Source: an uncultured Hyphomicrobiales bacterium (GTDB lineage: Bacteria; Bacteroidota; Ignavibacteria; Kapaibacteriales; UBA2268). Taken from it: a stretch of DNA of 64,000 nucleotides. Under the pieces are notes generated by a model. That model was not told the DNA's origin, searched no databases, and saw only the letters and a list, made by a program, of their open reading frames with translations. The DNA is taken from positions 11,921-75,920 of the forward strand of contig CAZSHX010000003.1 in the NCBI GenBank assembly GCA_964606895.1. Reading direction: 5' to 3'. Shown here one piece after another: positions 9,075 to 19,180 of this stretch (position 1 is the first letter of the stretch; every line of letters starts with the position of its first letter). The position numbers were made by a program, and so were the translations under genes.

Positions 9075-11147
9075 TTATTTCTTTTCTGTTGAAAAAATTG
9101 AATCTTCAATTGGTTCATTAACCTTGTGGCTGTTATTAACTTTTATTGTAAACATCGGGAAAGTTGTTTCAAGCAATTTAGGTAACATAACTCCACCTGC
9201 TTTTTCGTAGTTTCCGAAAGTAATAGTAACAGGCATCGGACCTTGAGGTGTTTCTTCACTGGATTCAATTTTATTCAGAAGATATGTAACTGCATCGAAA
9301 TAAAAAAGTTTTTCTTCACCGTCCTTGAAGTTCACTTTCAATAAAATTTCATTTCCTTGTTTTCCGAGGACTTCACATTTATTATCTGAAGAGGCAAGTT
9401 CGGTTTCTTTAAACATTTTAGATTCTGCCAATCTTTTCTCCAATTCTTTACCTTCAAGTTTGGAAGTGTTGCCAAATGATTCTGTTGAGACATTTGTTCC
9501 GTCAACCCATATTTTCTGCTGAATCATACCCAGGTCAATAGACTGATACATTTTATTGGGGTATTTTTCAAAAATCTTGATAGTTCCTTCCATATCTTTT
9601 CCTTGAACGGTCATTTTAGCAGTTCCTTCGGTGATTATGGTTTTAGTGTTTGCAACAGCTTCTTTTCCGCCAATAGCATCAGTATATTTATTGATTAATT
9701 CTTTGGCATTCAAAGATATTTTTTCCATTTTTGCCTTTTCTCCCGATGCAGGATTGAGGTCTAAATCGTATTCGTAAACTTTTCCAAACCTGTCAAGTTT
9801 TTCTCTGACGCTTTGATTGCCAACTACTACAATGTATGCGGCTTCAGGATTCATGTATTTTTCTGCTATTCTTTGAATTTCATAAGGATTCATCAATGAA
9901 ATAATTTGTGGATAGGCTTTAACTTTTTCAAATGGTATTTTGTGAAAGTCAGCCATTTGTAACAAACCACCAATAAAACCGCCATTTTCAAATGACATCT
10001 GATATTCACCAACTTCATATTTTTTAATTCTGTTAAGTTCTTCATCAGTTGCGGGTTCTGATGCCATTAATTTCATCTGTTCTTTAATAACGTCAATAGC
10101 CGAATCAGTTACTGCATTCCGGACATCAGCTCCGCAGACAAAACTATTGAAATACTTGTTCTGACCTAACATTCCGAATGGAGTGTAAGTATATGAATAT
10201 TTTTCTCTGAGTGTTCTGAAAAGTCTTCCTCCAAAGCTTGAACCCATAAGGCTGGCGGCAAGTGACAGAGTCTCATATTTATCATCTGCGGCAGGAAGTC
10301 CTTTGGTTACAACACATATCGTTGACTGAACGGATGCAGGTCTTTTAATGAAGTAAACCCCCATAGGCATCGGCTCTACTTTTGGGATTACTATTTTTGG
10401 AACATCTCCTGATTTCCATGTTGAAAATGATTTTTCAAGTTTTGCAACTATTTCTTTTTCGGAAATATTACCATAGACAACTAAAGTCGCATTGTTAGGT
10501 TTGAAATATGTTTTGAAATATTCCTTGATATCATCCAGTTTAATAGATTTTAAAGATGCTTCGGTTTCCTTTTTACCATAAGGATGGTTTTCGCCATACA
10601 TCATCTTTTTGATAAGTCTGCCTGCAACTGACATAGGTTTGGATTTCTCATCCTGCAAACCTGCAATCATCAACGGAATCAATTTATCAAATTCATCCTG
10701 CGAGAAAGCAGGTTTTAAAATCATATCTGACATTAAGTCAAGAATTGTTTGCATATTCTTTTTCAAACCGCTACCTGAAATACTCATATAGTCAACATTC
10801 GAACCGGCACCAATACTGGCTCCGATTCCGTCGCTGGCTTGAGCAAATTGGAGGGCGTTTCGTGTACCGGCACCTTTTGTCAGTAACTCTGCAAGTAATG
10901 ACGATATACCGGATTTATTGCCGTCAACCGATGAACCTCCCTGAATAAGGAAACTGAATGCGATAGTTGGCTGTTCGTTATCGGGAACGATGAATACCTT
11001 TAAGCCGTTGCTTAAATTTACAATCGAATAGTCGGGGAATTTGAATGTCGTTTCTGCTAAAGGCTCGGGTTTTTTAGTGATGTCAACCTGAGCATAAGCT
11101 GAAAAAAGGAATCCAAAAAAACTAATTACTAATAAAATCTTTTTCAT
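9075..11147 (-). CDS. M16 family peptidase-like protein lacking the HxxEH motif (probable non-catalytic partner subunit)
   Basis: M16 fold and length with a signal peptide, but no HxxEH in the N-terminal domain. Lies directly downstream of an active M16 gene, the classic active/inactive pair arrangement. Confidence 0.7.
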   Translation of the reverse strand: MKKILLVISFFGFLFSAYAQVDITKKPEPLAETTFKFPDYSIVNLSNGLKVFIVPDNEQPTIAFSFLIQGGSSVDGNKSGISSLLAELLTKGAGTRNALQFAQASDGIGASIGAGSNVDYMSISGSGLKKNMQTILDLMSDMILKPAFSQDEFDKLIPLMIAGLQDEKSKPMSVAGRLIKKMMYGENHPYGKKETEASLKSIKLDDIKEYFKTYFKPNNATLVVYGNISEKEIVAKLEKSFSTWKSGDVPKIVIPKVEPMPMGVYFIKRPASVQSTICVVTKGLPAADDKYETLSLAASLMGSSFGGRLFRTLREKYSYTYTPFGMLGQNKYFNSFVCGADVRNAVTDSAIDVIKEQMKLMASEPATDEELNRIKKYEVGEYQMSFENGGFIGGLLQMADFHKIPFEKVKAYPQIISLMNPYEIQRIAEKYMNPEAAYIVVVGNQSVREKLDRFGKVYEYDLDLNPASGEKAKMEKISLNAKELINKYTDAIGGKEAVANTKTIITEGTAKMTVQGKDMEGTIKIFEKYPNKMYQSIDLGMIQQKIWVDGTNVSTESFGNTSKLEGKELEKRLAESKMFKETELASSDNKCEVLGKQGNEILLKVNFKDGEEKLFYFDAVTYLLNKIESSEETPQGPMPVTITFGNYEKAGGVMLPKLLETTFPMFTIKVNNSHKVNEPIEDSIFSTEKK

Positions 11148-11205
11148 TCTTTATATCCTGATTAATTATATTTCAAAATTATTAATTTGTTAAAACAAGT
11201 TTAAA

Positions 11206-12561
11206 TTATTCCCCGGTTTTCGGGACGTATGTTAAAACGACTCTTTTGTCGGTATCAAAATATTTTTGAGCTACTCTGACAAGGTCTTCCTTGGTGATTT
11301 TTGAATATCTGTCGAATTCAGTGTTAATCAAATTAGGGTCTCCGAAATATGCTAAATACTGAGCTAAGTCCTGAGCCTTTTCCAATACATTTTTCTTGTT
11401 CGAAATAAATTGTGTCTCGGAAATATTTTTTGCTTTCAGGAATTCTTCATCGGTTAAACCATTTTTAATAAACTTATTAATTTCATCAATCAGATTTTTT
11501 TCAACATCTTTAATGTCTTTTCCCGGAGCGGCAACACCAATTAAAAGGCAAGCTCCGGCATACTGAAGATTCAGCGGTGCAACCTGTGCGGCTACTGCGA
11601 TTTGGTCTTTTACTACTAATCTTTGGTAAAGTCTTGAGCTCTCACCGGATGAAAGAACCTGTGTGAGTAAGTTGAAAACATAATAATCGGGTTCGCCGAG
11701 TTTTGGTGCTGTATAACCTATGAAAACTGCAGGAAGCTGTGCTTTTGCATCTTCGATAGTTTCGTTTGAAAGTTTTTCAACTTTAGTCAGATTGAATTCT
11801 TCGCGAACGGGCATTGGAGCTGTAGGTATTGGACCAAAGTAATCTCTGACATATTTTTTTGTGTCATCAAGATTAATATCCCCTGCAATTACCAGAATTG
11901 CATTAATTGGCTGATAGAAATTGTTGTAAAAATTCTGGAATTCAACAATCTGAGCTTTGTCAATATGCTGGGCACTTCCGATTGGAGTCCAGCTGTAGGA
12001 ACTTCCCGGAAAGAGTTTTTCCATCATTTTTTCCATCCATGTGCCGTAAGGTGTATTGTCATTTCTCATCTTTCTTTCTTCCTTAACAACTCCACGCTGA
12101 GTTTCAACACCGATTTCGTTAACCTGAAGTTTTCTCATTCTTTGGGATTCAATCCATAGTGCAAGTTTAAGTTCGTTTGATGGTAATTTGAAAAAGTAAA
12201 CAGTTTCGTCGAAAGATGTGTGTGCATTTAATGTGCCCCCGGCATCCTGAACATATTTATCAATTGAAGAACGGGGAATGTTGTCGGTTGCTTCGAACAT
12301 AAGATGCTCGAAAAAGTGTGCAAAACCTGTTCTTGAAGGATTCTCATCGCGTGAACCTACTTTGTAATGAACAACAGTTGCGACAACTGGTGCACTTCTG
12401 TCAATCTGATAAATTATTTGAAGTCCGTTTGGAAGGGAATCCCTTATAAACTGAATAGGATTAAATTGACTGTAAGCACTTACAGTACTAAACATCAGGA
12501 CAAAGAACGCAATTCTGCCGAATGATTTGCCTGATTTTGTTAACTTTCTGAAATTCTTCAT
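11206..12561 (-). CDS. M16 family zinc metallopeptidase (active subunit)
   Basis: HxxEH motif present (GFAHFFEHLMFEAT). 451 aa with a signal peptide. Confidence 0.85.
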   Translation of the reverse strand: MKNFRKLTKSGKSFGRIAFFVLMFSTVSAYSQFNPIQFIRDSLPNGLQIIYQIDRSAPVVATVVHYKVGSRDENPSRTGFAHFFEHLMFEATDNIPRSSIDKYVQDAGGTLNAHTSFDETVYFFKLPSNELKLALWIESQRMRKLQVNEIGVETQRGVVKEERKMRNDNTPYGTWMEKMMEKLFPGSSYSWTPIGSAQHIDKAQIVEFQNFYNNFYQPINAILVIAGDINLDDTKKYVRDYFGPIPTAPMPVREEFNLTKVEKLSNETIEDAKAQLPAVFIGYTAPKLGEPDYYVFNLLTQVLSSGESSRLYQRLVVKDQIAVAAQVAPLNLQYAGACLLIGVAAPGKDIKDVEKNLIDEINKFIKNGLTDEEFLKAKNISETQFISNKKNVLEKAQDLAQYLAYFGDPNLINTEFDRYSKITKEDLVRVAQKYFDTDKRVVLTYVPKTGE

Positions 12562-12636
12562 TAAATAAACCCTTATTTTTAAAAAATTAAATGTAATATG
12601 ATAGTTAATATTATACGTAATATTGTTGTTTTAGTT

Positions 12637-14295
12637 TCAGTATTTTTTTTGTTTGTTTTTCGGTCGAAACAGCGAATAGAAAACCATTACAAGTGACACG
12701 AAAGTGCATAAATATGGTAACCAATCGCCAAACCTTACAAAAATTGTTTCATTTTTCAGAAGTGGAATTGAACCAATTGTTCCTGAACTTACATAAGGCT
12801 CTAACTTATTAAATGACTCGCCTGTCGGTCTGATAAAACCTGAAACTCCTGTGTTTGCACATCTTGCGATATATCTTTTAGTCTCAATTGCCCTCATGCA
12901 GGCTATTTGAAAATGCTGTTCTGGTCCAAAAGTATGGTCGTACCACGCATCATTTGTAATTATTGTTAAAAACTCGGCACCCTTTTTCACGAAATTAGCG
13001 ACAAAAGACGGATAGATTGATTCTATACATATTATTGAGCCAACTTTAGTCGGTGGGTTTGTGTTTTTCAATTCCAATGCTTTTTGTTCCGTACCCAATG
13101 CCCAGCTCGATATTCCGACACCCCATTCCAGCCACTTCAGAGCAACCGTATAAAACTCGACATAAGGAATTCTTTCGCCAAATGGAGTGAGCTTCATTTT
13201 ATGATAAATTTGTGCCTGAGCATGATATTTTGACGGATTAATCAAAACAGCCGAATTATAAGAATCGTAGTAAACACCATTTCTTTGTCTGTGTTTTTTA
13301 GAAGTCGGCAAATGCTTTTCGCCCGGTTTGTAAAAATATATATCGGCAAATCCGGTAAGCAAGGAACTGTTTGATGAATCCAGGCTTTCATTCATAAAGG
13401 AAAAATTATGACTGCTGTTGATTTCCAAACTTAAAACGGTTATTGCTGTTTCGCTCCAGACAAATAAATCTGTTTTCGGATGCAGATTAGTAAGAGAGTC
13501 CTGAATCCTCTGGTGCTGAAGTATCTGGTTTATAGCGTTTGTTTCCCATTTCCGCCAGGGATTAATATTCGGTTGGATTAGTCCAACTGAAATTGAAGGA
13601 TTTTCTTTCATCAGCTTTTGATGGTCATAAGCCCTAACAGAGAAAAAACCGTAAATGATTGGGATAATTATAATAGCAGATAACAAAATCAGGTTGTTCC
13701 GAATATTTCTATCTGAAAAAACATTTTTCAGATGAATAATGCCTTTGCCCGATTGCTTAAAGTAAACAACTATTCTGAATACAATTATATTTGCAAGCAC
13801 AATTAAGAAGCTTGCACCCCAAACGCCTGTTATATCAGCAAATTGAACCCATGAAGTATTTTTCACCTGTGTGTATCCAAGCGATAACCAAGGGTACGAA
13901 ACTTCGCCCAAACTGTGGAGCCATTCAAAAAATACCCATAAAAATGGAAAACTCCAGATAGCCGATTCAGAATTGAATCTCTTTTTTATGATTCTATAAA
14001 GGAAAAACGGAATCATGAAGAAAAAGGGATGAACAAGCCAAACAACTATTCCCGAAACAAGCAAATATGGGTCACCATCGGGTTGCCAACTGCTTATCCA
14101 GTAATTAGCACCTCCATGAAAAACAAAAAAAGTCAGATAAAGCAATAAGTAAGGTCTTTTCGGTTCAAATTCCAAAGCTGTAAGAAGCGGAACCAAAGCA
14201 ATAAAAGCCAACAGAGAAAAAGGTAGCGGAGGAAATGCCAGTGAGAGCATTATTCCTGTTATTAATCCGAATAAGTAAGTTTTTCGGGAGTTCAT
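12637..14295 (-). CDS. lnt: Apolipoprotein N-acyltransferase
   Basis: N-terminal polytopic membrane domain followed by a C-terminal CN-hydrolase domain with the catalytic Cys/Glu context (GSIICIESIYPSF). 552 aa. Confidence 0.8.
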   Translation of the reverse strand: MNSRKTYLFGLITGIMLSLAFPPLPFSLLAFIALVPLLTALEFEPKRPYLLLYLTFFVFHGGANYWISSWQPDGDPYLLVSGIVVWLVHPFFFMIPFFLYRIIKKRFNSESAIWSFPFLWVFFEWLHSLGEVSYPWLSLGYTQVKNTSWVQFADITGVWGASFLIVLANIIVFRIVVYFKQSGKGIIHLKNVFSDRNIRNNLILLSAIIIIPIIYGFFSVRAYDHQKLMKENPSISVGLIQPNINPWRKWETNAINQILQHQRIQDSLTNLHPKTDLFVWSETAITVLSLEINSSHNFSFMNESLDSSNSSLLTGFADIYFYKPGEKHLPTSKKHRQRNGVYYDSYNSAVLINPSKYHAQAQIYHKMKLTPFGERIPYVEFYTVALKWLEWGVGISSWALGTEQKALELKNTNPPTKVGSIICIESIYPSFVANFVKKGAEFLTIITNDAWYDHTFGPEQHFQIACMRAIETKRYIARCANTGVSGFIRPTGESFNKLEPYVSSGTIGSIPLLKNETIFVRFGDWLPYLCTFVSLVMVFYSLFRPKNKQKKY

Positions 14296-14319
14296 GGCTA
14301 AAATCTCATGTTGTTAATA

Positions 14320-14961
14320 TTATCTGTAATTTGTTAAATCTATGAATTTATTGCATAGAGAGGTTTCTCTCTCGTCGTTCGAAGCAATAACCAAAGCTCC
14401 ATTGTTTTTAAGCTGGTTCGCCATTATTTCCATTATGATTTCTATTCCGTCATGGTCCAGATTTGTGAATGGTTCGTCGAGAAACAGGATTTCGGGATAA
14501 TTCTGAAGAGCCTGAATGTATTTAACCCTTTGCTTCATACCCGACGAAAACGTCTTGATATGGTCGTTTCGTTTATGATAAAGTTTGAACTTTTGCAGAT
14601 AATTTTCGGCAAATTCCAAATCAAACTTAGTACCTTTCAAATCGGAAGTAATTCTGAAATGCTCAAGCGGTGAAAATTCTTCGTACAAAATCAGATAGGG
14701 CGACACAAATCCAAAGTGCATGAAATACAAATCGGGTTTGATTTCCTTTTCGTTAATCTGAAAAGAAATCTTACCTTTGGAAGGCTGGATTAAGCCTGAA
14801 AGAATTTTCAAGAGGGTGGACTTGCCTGAGCCGTTTTCTCCGACAATTGCAATGGAACTGTTATTGCTGATAACGGCAGGTACATTCTTGAAAATATATT
14901 TGCCATAAGAAAAGAACTTACTGACTGAAGGTGTGGTTAGACTGAAATTTGATTTTGACAT
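14320..14961 (-). CDS. ABC transporter ATP-binding protein (stand-alone ATPase, no adjacent permease)
   Basis: Walker A GENGSGKST, ABC signature SSGMKQR, Walker B LFLDEPFTNLD. 213 aa. Confidence 0.85.
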   Translation of the reverse strand: MSKSNFSLTTPSVSKFFSYGKYIFKNVPAVISNNSSIAIVGENGSGKSTLLKILSGLIQPSKGKISFQINEKEIKPDLYFMHFGFVSPYLILYEEFSPLEHFRITSDLKGTKFDLEFAENYLQKFKLYHKRNDHIKTFSSGMKQRVKYIQALQNYPEILFLDEPFTNLDHDGIEIIMEIMANQLKNNGALVIASNDERETSLCNKFIDLTNYR

Positions 14962-14974
14962 TCTTTTCTTTAAC

Positions 14975-16639
14975 TTATTTCACAACTGTAAATTTACCAT
15001 ACAAAATATCATTTTTCCACTCAACCGAGAAGATATATATACCGTCTGTGATTACATCGGGAAATGGATTTAATGCTATTATTTTATTACCGCTATCAAC
15101 ATCAACTTTAAGTTGGTTATTATAATATATTTTTTCCATTCCTGTAGTGAAAATCTGTAATTTCGCGTAATCACCCAACGCGGCATTAACCGGAGCAGGA
15201 AACATCATTTCGCTGTACACATCACGTCTGTATGGATTGGGATAACTGTAATTAATCAGGTTTGTAATGAAACCGTTATTGATAAACAATGTATCGAAAA
15301 CGTCTCCCGAATCGGCAATAAATGTGTAATACTTGTTTTTACCGATTTGTTTTGATGTCGGAATATATGTTTCGGTGCACAATATATCAAATGGTCTGGT
15401 TCTTTGATATCCCATTTGATTTAAAACTGCTTTTAAGTCAGTATTCGTAATCACAATATCTAAAGTATCATTAGTTTTTGCAGGGTCTTCGGGTGCAAAT
15501 TTGACTCGGAATGCTCTGATTTCAAAAGGCTTCAAAGCCTCGGAGGTTGAAAAAGTCGGGGAAGAGAAAACCGTATCGGAAAAGAATTTCAAAAGCGGGA
15601 ACTCTTTTGCCTGAGTAAAAAAGCTACCTTCTATTGTTCTGTGTCCTGTGTAATAAAGCCATGGCATAAAATTGCACCATTCTTTGACTAAACTCGTATT
15701 CCTTTCAATGAAAGCATCGTTCAATGCCTGGTATCCGGTGCGACCTGTTGACAGTATCTCCCACATCCTTCTCAAAAGTGAATCGCCGAAATTTCTTTCC
15801 ATGAACTGACCGAATATACAAAATCTATAGCCATTCTCTGGGCTTCCGTTTCCGAAAGTATAACGGTTCAGATTTGAAAACAGACTTTTTACAAATTGGA
15901 AGTAATCCGTAGTCTCAGGAAAAAGACGATGTTCCATATACGTACTTGTCACTTCATACAGCGAAGGACATGATTGGTCTTCACCGTACATTAGCTGAAG
16001 GGCATGGTGGAATTCATGGGCGGCAGTGATTTTCATTGCCGCAATTCCTGTATCGTTGAATGTCTTTGCTTTTTTACCACTGCTTAATAGAGTAGAGTCA
16101 AGTGAACTGAAATTGTTGTCAATTGCGATGAAAGATGTATATCTAATGAATTTACCTAATGGATAAATTGAATCTTCTTGAGTAGTGAAACCATACCATA
16201 CATTACCATTTAAGCCATCACCAATTTCCAGAAGATAAACATCATAAGCATCAGAGCCGCCACGTCCGCTGTCGGGAGCGGGGGGGAGGTACTTCAGCGA
16301 ATCTACTTCCATCAGGTAGGCGTAGTTAAAATAGTAAGCAACAGAATCAACATAATCAGGAATTCCGTTATTATTTTTATCGGTCAAATCAACGGCATTT
16401 TTTCCTGTTGTATCGTAGTGTATAACAAAACGTCCTCCGGGAGCTGAGTATTGGGTTTGATTGACAGGCCTTTTGTTGTTATCCGTAATTTGACAAATAC
16501 GAAATTTTTGTTCTTTAGACATGAAACTGCCGCATTTTGCAGAATACTCATCTTCGCTTCCATTATTCAAAATATCGTATGAATATGAAAATGAATATAG
16601 AGTAAAAAAACAAAAAAACAAAAAACCGGCTATTCTCAT
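14975..16639 (-). CDS. Secreted putative zinc metalloprotease (HExxH)
   Basis: Signal peptide. HEFHH motif in AAHEFHHALQLMYGED. The C-terminal beta-rich tail may be a T9SS sorting domain. Confidence 0.5.
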   Translation of the reverse strand: MRIAGFLFFCFFTLYSFSYSYDILNNGSEDEYSAKCGSFMSKEQKFRICQITDNNKRPVNQTQYSAPGGRFVIHYDTTGKNAVDLTDKNNNGIPDYVDSVAYYFNYAYLMEVDSLKYLPPAPDSGRGGSDAYDVYLLEIGDGLNGNVWYGFTTQEDSIYPLGKFIRYTSFIAIDNNFSSLDSTLLSSGKKAKTFNDTGIAAMKITAAHEFHHALQLMYGEDQSCPSLYEVTSTYMEHRLFPETTDYFQFVKSLFSNLNRYTFGNGSPENGYRFCIFGQFMERNFGDSLLRRMWEILSTGRTGYQALNDAFIERNTSLVKEWCNFMPWLYYTGHRTIEGSFFTQAKEFPLLKFFSDTVFSSPTFSTSEALKPFEIRAFRVKFAPEDPAKTNDTLDIVITNTDLKAVLNQMGYQRTRPFDILCTETYIPTSKQIGKNKYYTFIADSGDVFDTLFINNGFITNLINYSYPNPYRRDVYSEMMFPAPVNAALGDYAKLQIFTTGMEKIYYNNQLKVDVDSGNKIIALNPFPDVITDGIYIFSVEWKNDILYGKFTVVK

Positions 16640-16715
16640 AATAAAAAATGGAAATTTGATAATCTAAAATCATTTAGAAGAATTCAAAAGGAAAATATTT
16701 CAGAGGTTATGTTTT

Positions 16716-17135
16716 TTAGCGGAACATTTCTTTTATCATGCCCCATGTACGGCGGATTCCGCTGACATTGTGGGCGACAAAAGCAGTATTGCTGTAAGAT
16801 GCAGTATTATCTTTGCTGATGATTTTCAGTCTGTATTTGTAAGTTCCGAGTCCTTGTGTATTACCATTTCCTTCGCCTCGAAGGAAAGCTGTTTCGTCAG
16901 TGAAGTTGTAGTTGTAACCGTAACCTTTTGCAGGAATTGTACTTATTGAAGTAAAAGGCTGATTCGAAGAAGAACGTTCAATTTCATAAGTCTTTATTGC
17001 ACTTTCGTCAGTTGACTTCCACGACAAGGTAATAACTTTGCTGTTGGAAGTGGCTACAAATGAATCCAGTACATCATTTGCGAAGAGCAAGGATGTAGTT
17101 AGAAGCAAACCTAATATTAAAATTTTAGTTTTCAT
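16716..17135 (-). CDS. Small secreted hypothetical protein (Fn3-like fold)
   Basis: Signal peptide. 139 aa. Beta-sandwich-like pattern (VITLSWKSTDES…TYEIERS). Confidence 0.45.
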   Translation of the reverse strand: MKTKILILGLLLTTSLLFANDVLDSFVATSNSKVITLSWKSTDESAIKTYEIERSSSNQPFTSISTIPAKGYGYNYNFTDETAFLRGEGNGNTQGLGTYKYRLKIISKDNTASYSNTAFVAHNVSGIRRTWGMIKEMFR

Positions 17136-17371
17136 AATACAAATCTATATATTTGAATTAACTTTTCCAAATTATTTATCAAATTCTCTGAAAATTAACA
17201 ATCTTAAGCACTTTTCAGCGGCAGAATTTTCCTCCTGCCGTTTCTGCTGAGAGCAAACTTTTGATGTTCGTTTCAAACAACTTTTCTAAAGACGCATTTT
17301 TCACTTAAAAAGTTACAAGAAAAAAATATTTATTTTATTGAGGTAAATGGGGACTTCTTCTTAGACAAATA

Positions 17372-17475
17372 TTCTGAATCACGGATTCAACGGATTTTAG
17401 GACTAAGATGGATTTAGGAAATTCACTTGGAAAATTATAAAATCCTTTAACCCGACAAATCCGTGATTCAGATTT
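17372..17475. repeat. MITE-like element with perfect ~15-bp terminal inverted repeats (tctgaatcacggatt / aatccgtgattcaga)
   Basis: The inverted repeat is seen directly in the sequence. Located immediately 3' of the - strand gene that ends at 17487. Related copies at 5243-5334 and 38652-38804. Confidence 0.6.
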
Positions 17476-17486
17476 CTAAATTCTGG

Positions 17487-18974
17487 TCAGTCTTTAACAC
17501 ATCGAACTGATAACCCGTTTCCTTTAAAGTTGAAATATCTTTCAATATATCCAAAATCATTTTTCACGGCTCTTCTCCAAGCATCTGTGGGACTTTGGTC
17601 TGTTGAAGACCACCAATCACCAAAAATATTTAAATTTGAGAATTGACCATTTTTGTTTCTGTAGCCGCCAGGTAAAGCTGTAAATCCGGTTTCGTTAGTT
17701 GCTCCTTTGTTTGGACTTTTCCAATGTGATGTATCGGATTCTTTCATCTTTCCTCCTGCGACAAGCTGTCCACCTAAACAAGTTTCTAATTTTAGCCAAT
17801 CCGTTTCACTTGATACATGCCAACCGGAAGGTGCTAAACCACGAGAGTCATTAACGGCATACCAATTATATAACTTACCATAAATAGCACCTAAAGAGGG
17901 GTCATTATTGTAATAACACCAAGCTCCTGTTTTAAGGTTAACCCATGTAGCACTATCCCTTACTTCTGGTATTGGGTCGCCATTCCGAAAATGCTCAACA
18001 TCCAGGTTTCGATTTGCCCAATCAGTCACGCAAGGTTTTAAACTAATTATTTCAATATCAACCTCATTACTAATATTCCCACCTACTGAGATCCATACTT
18101 TCCCACTTTTCGCTTCATTTGGAACGATTACCATTATTAATGTTTCATTCCAGTTTAAATATTCTGTTGCTTTGATATTATTAAATGAAATAAAGTCAGT
18201 TTTTTGTCTGGAACCAAATCTTGTTCCGGTTATTGTAACCTTATCACCAATTTTTGAAGAATATGGATTTATTTTAGTTATTTGTAGAGTATTCTCGGGA
18301 TCAGTTGCTTTTACAGAAAATTCTACTTCATTGCTACTTATTTTATCTACGACAACCGTTATTCTTCCACTTGTAGCTCCAATTGGAACTTTGACTATTA
18401 TTAGTGTATCGTTCCAAATAACGAAATCCGTGGCTTGAGTCTTATTAAATAAAACAAGGCTTTTGTTCTGTGTGGAACCAAATCTGGTTCCTATTATTGA
18501 AACAGTATCGTTGATTTTTGCTGATTCAGGTATAATATTCGAGATTTGAAAAATGGTAAATACTTTGAAATCAACCTCATTACTCTTAATTCCATTTATA
18601 GTTCCCCAATTTTTTACTCCGAATTGTGATGTCATACCTTTTACACCGTTTAAAGTAATCCACAGTTTTCCACTTTTGGAATATTTTGGTAGAATGACTT
18701 TTATCATTGTATCACTCCAAAATTTGTATTGTGAAGCTTGAAGATCGTTGAAGTATAAAACACTTGAACCACGAGAAGATCCGAAATCACTACCAATAAC
18801 TGAAATAATATCGCCAATTTTAGCTGAATCGGGGATAATTCTAAAAATTTGAACTTTTTTCACAGGGTCAATCGGATTATCTTTTTTACAGCTAACTAAA
18901 AAAGTGAATACAATTAGAGAAAGTACTAAAAATTTGTGATTCATGATTCTATCCTTTATGTATAAATCAAACAC
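17487..18974 (-). CDS. Lipoprotein/secreted protein with three IPT/TIG-like Ig repeats and a C-terminal FISUMP domain
   Basis: Three repeats of the IGD..S..G..FGS…F motif. C-terminal FISUMP pattern (LYNWYAV…GWHV…GGKMKE…GATNETGFTALPGG…WSST…GLSVRCVKD). Confidence 0.65.
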   Translation of the reverse strand: MFDLYIKDRIMNHKFLVLSLIVFTFLVSCKKDNPIDPVKKVQIFRIIPDSAKIGDIISVIGSDFGSSRGSSVLYFNDLQASQYKFWSDTMIKVILPKYSKSGKLWITLNGVKGMTSQFGVKNWGTINGIKSNEVDFKVFTIFQISNIIPESAKINDTVSIIGTRFGSTQNKSLVLFNKTQATDFVIWNDTLIIVKVPIGATSGRITVVVDKISSNEVEFSVKATDPENTLQITKINPYSSKIGDKVTITGTRFGSRQKTDFISFNNIKATEYLNWNETLIMVIVPNEAKSGKVWISVGGNISNEVDIEIISLKPCVTDWANRNLDVEHFRNGDPIPEVRDSATWVNLKTGAWCYYNNDPSLGAIYGKLYNWYAVNDSRGLAPSGWHVSSETDWLKLETCLGGQLVAGGKMKESDTSHWKSPNKGATNETGFTALPGGYRNKNGQFSNLNIFGDWWSSTDQSPTDAWRRAVKNDFGYIERYFNFKGNGLSVRCVKD

Positions 18975-19180
18975 ATTTTTGCAAATTTATGAATTCTGTC
19001 ACACAATTCACCGGACCGATATCGAACAACAAATATAAAGACACATTAACCGCAAAAAAGTTACAAGAAAAAAATATTTTTTCTATTTTAAATATTTTTT
19101 AGTGTGAAAAGTAACTTTTTCCTTAATTTTTAGTCTATATATTATGACAATTTACAAAAATATTAATTTATGGTAAACAA

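Noticed and set aside
8902-9210. 102-aa + strand ORF
   Set aside because: It spans a terminator hairpin and overlaps the 3' end of the - strand M16 gene. Low-complexity composition. Spurious.
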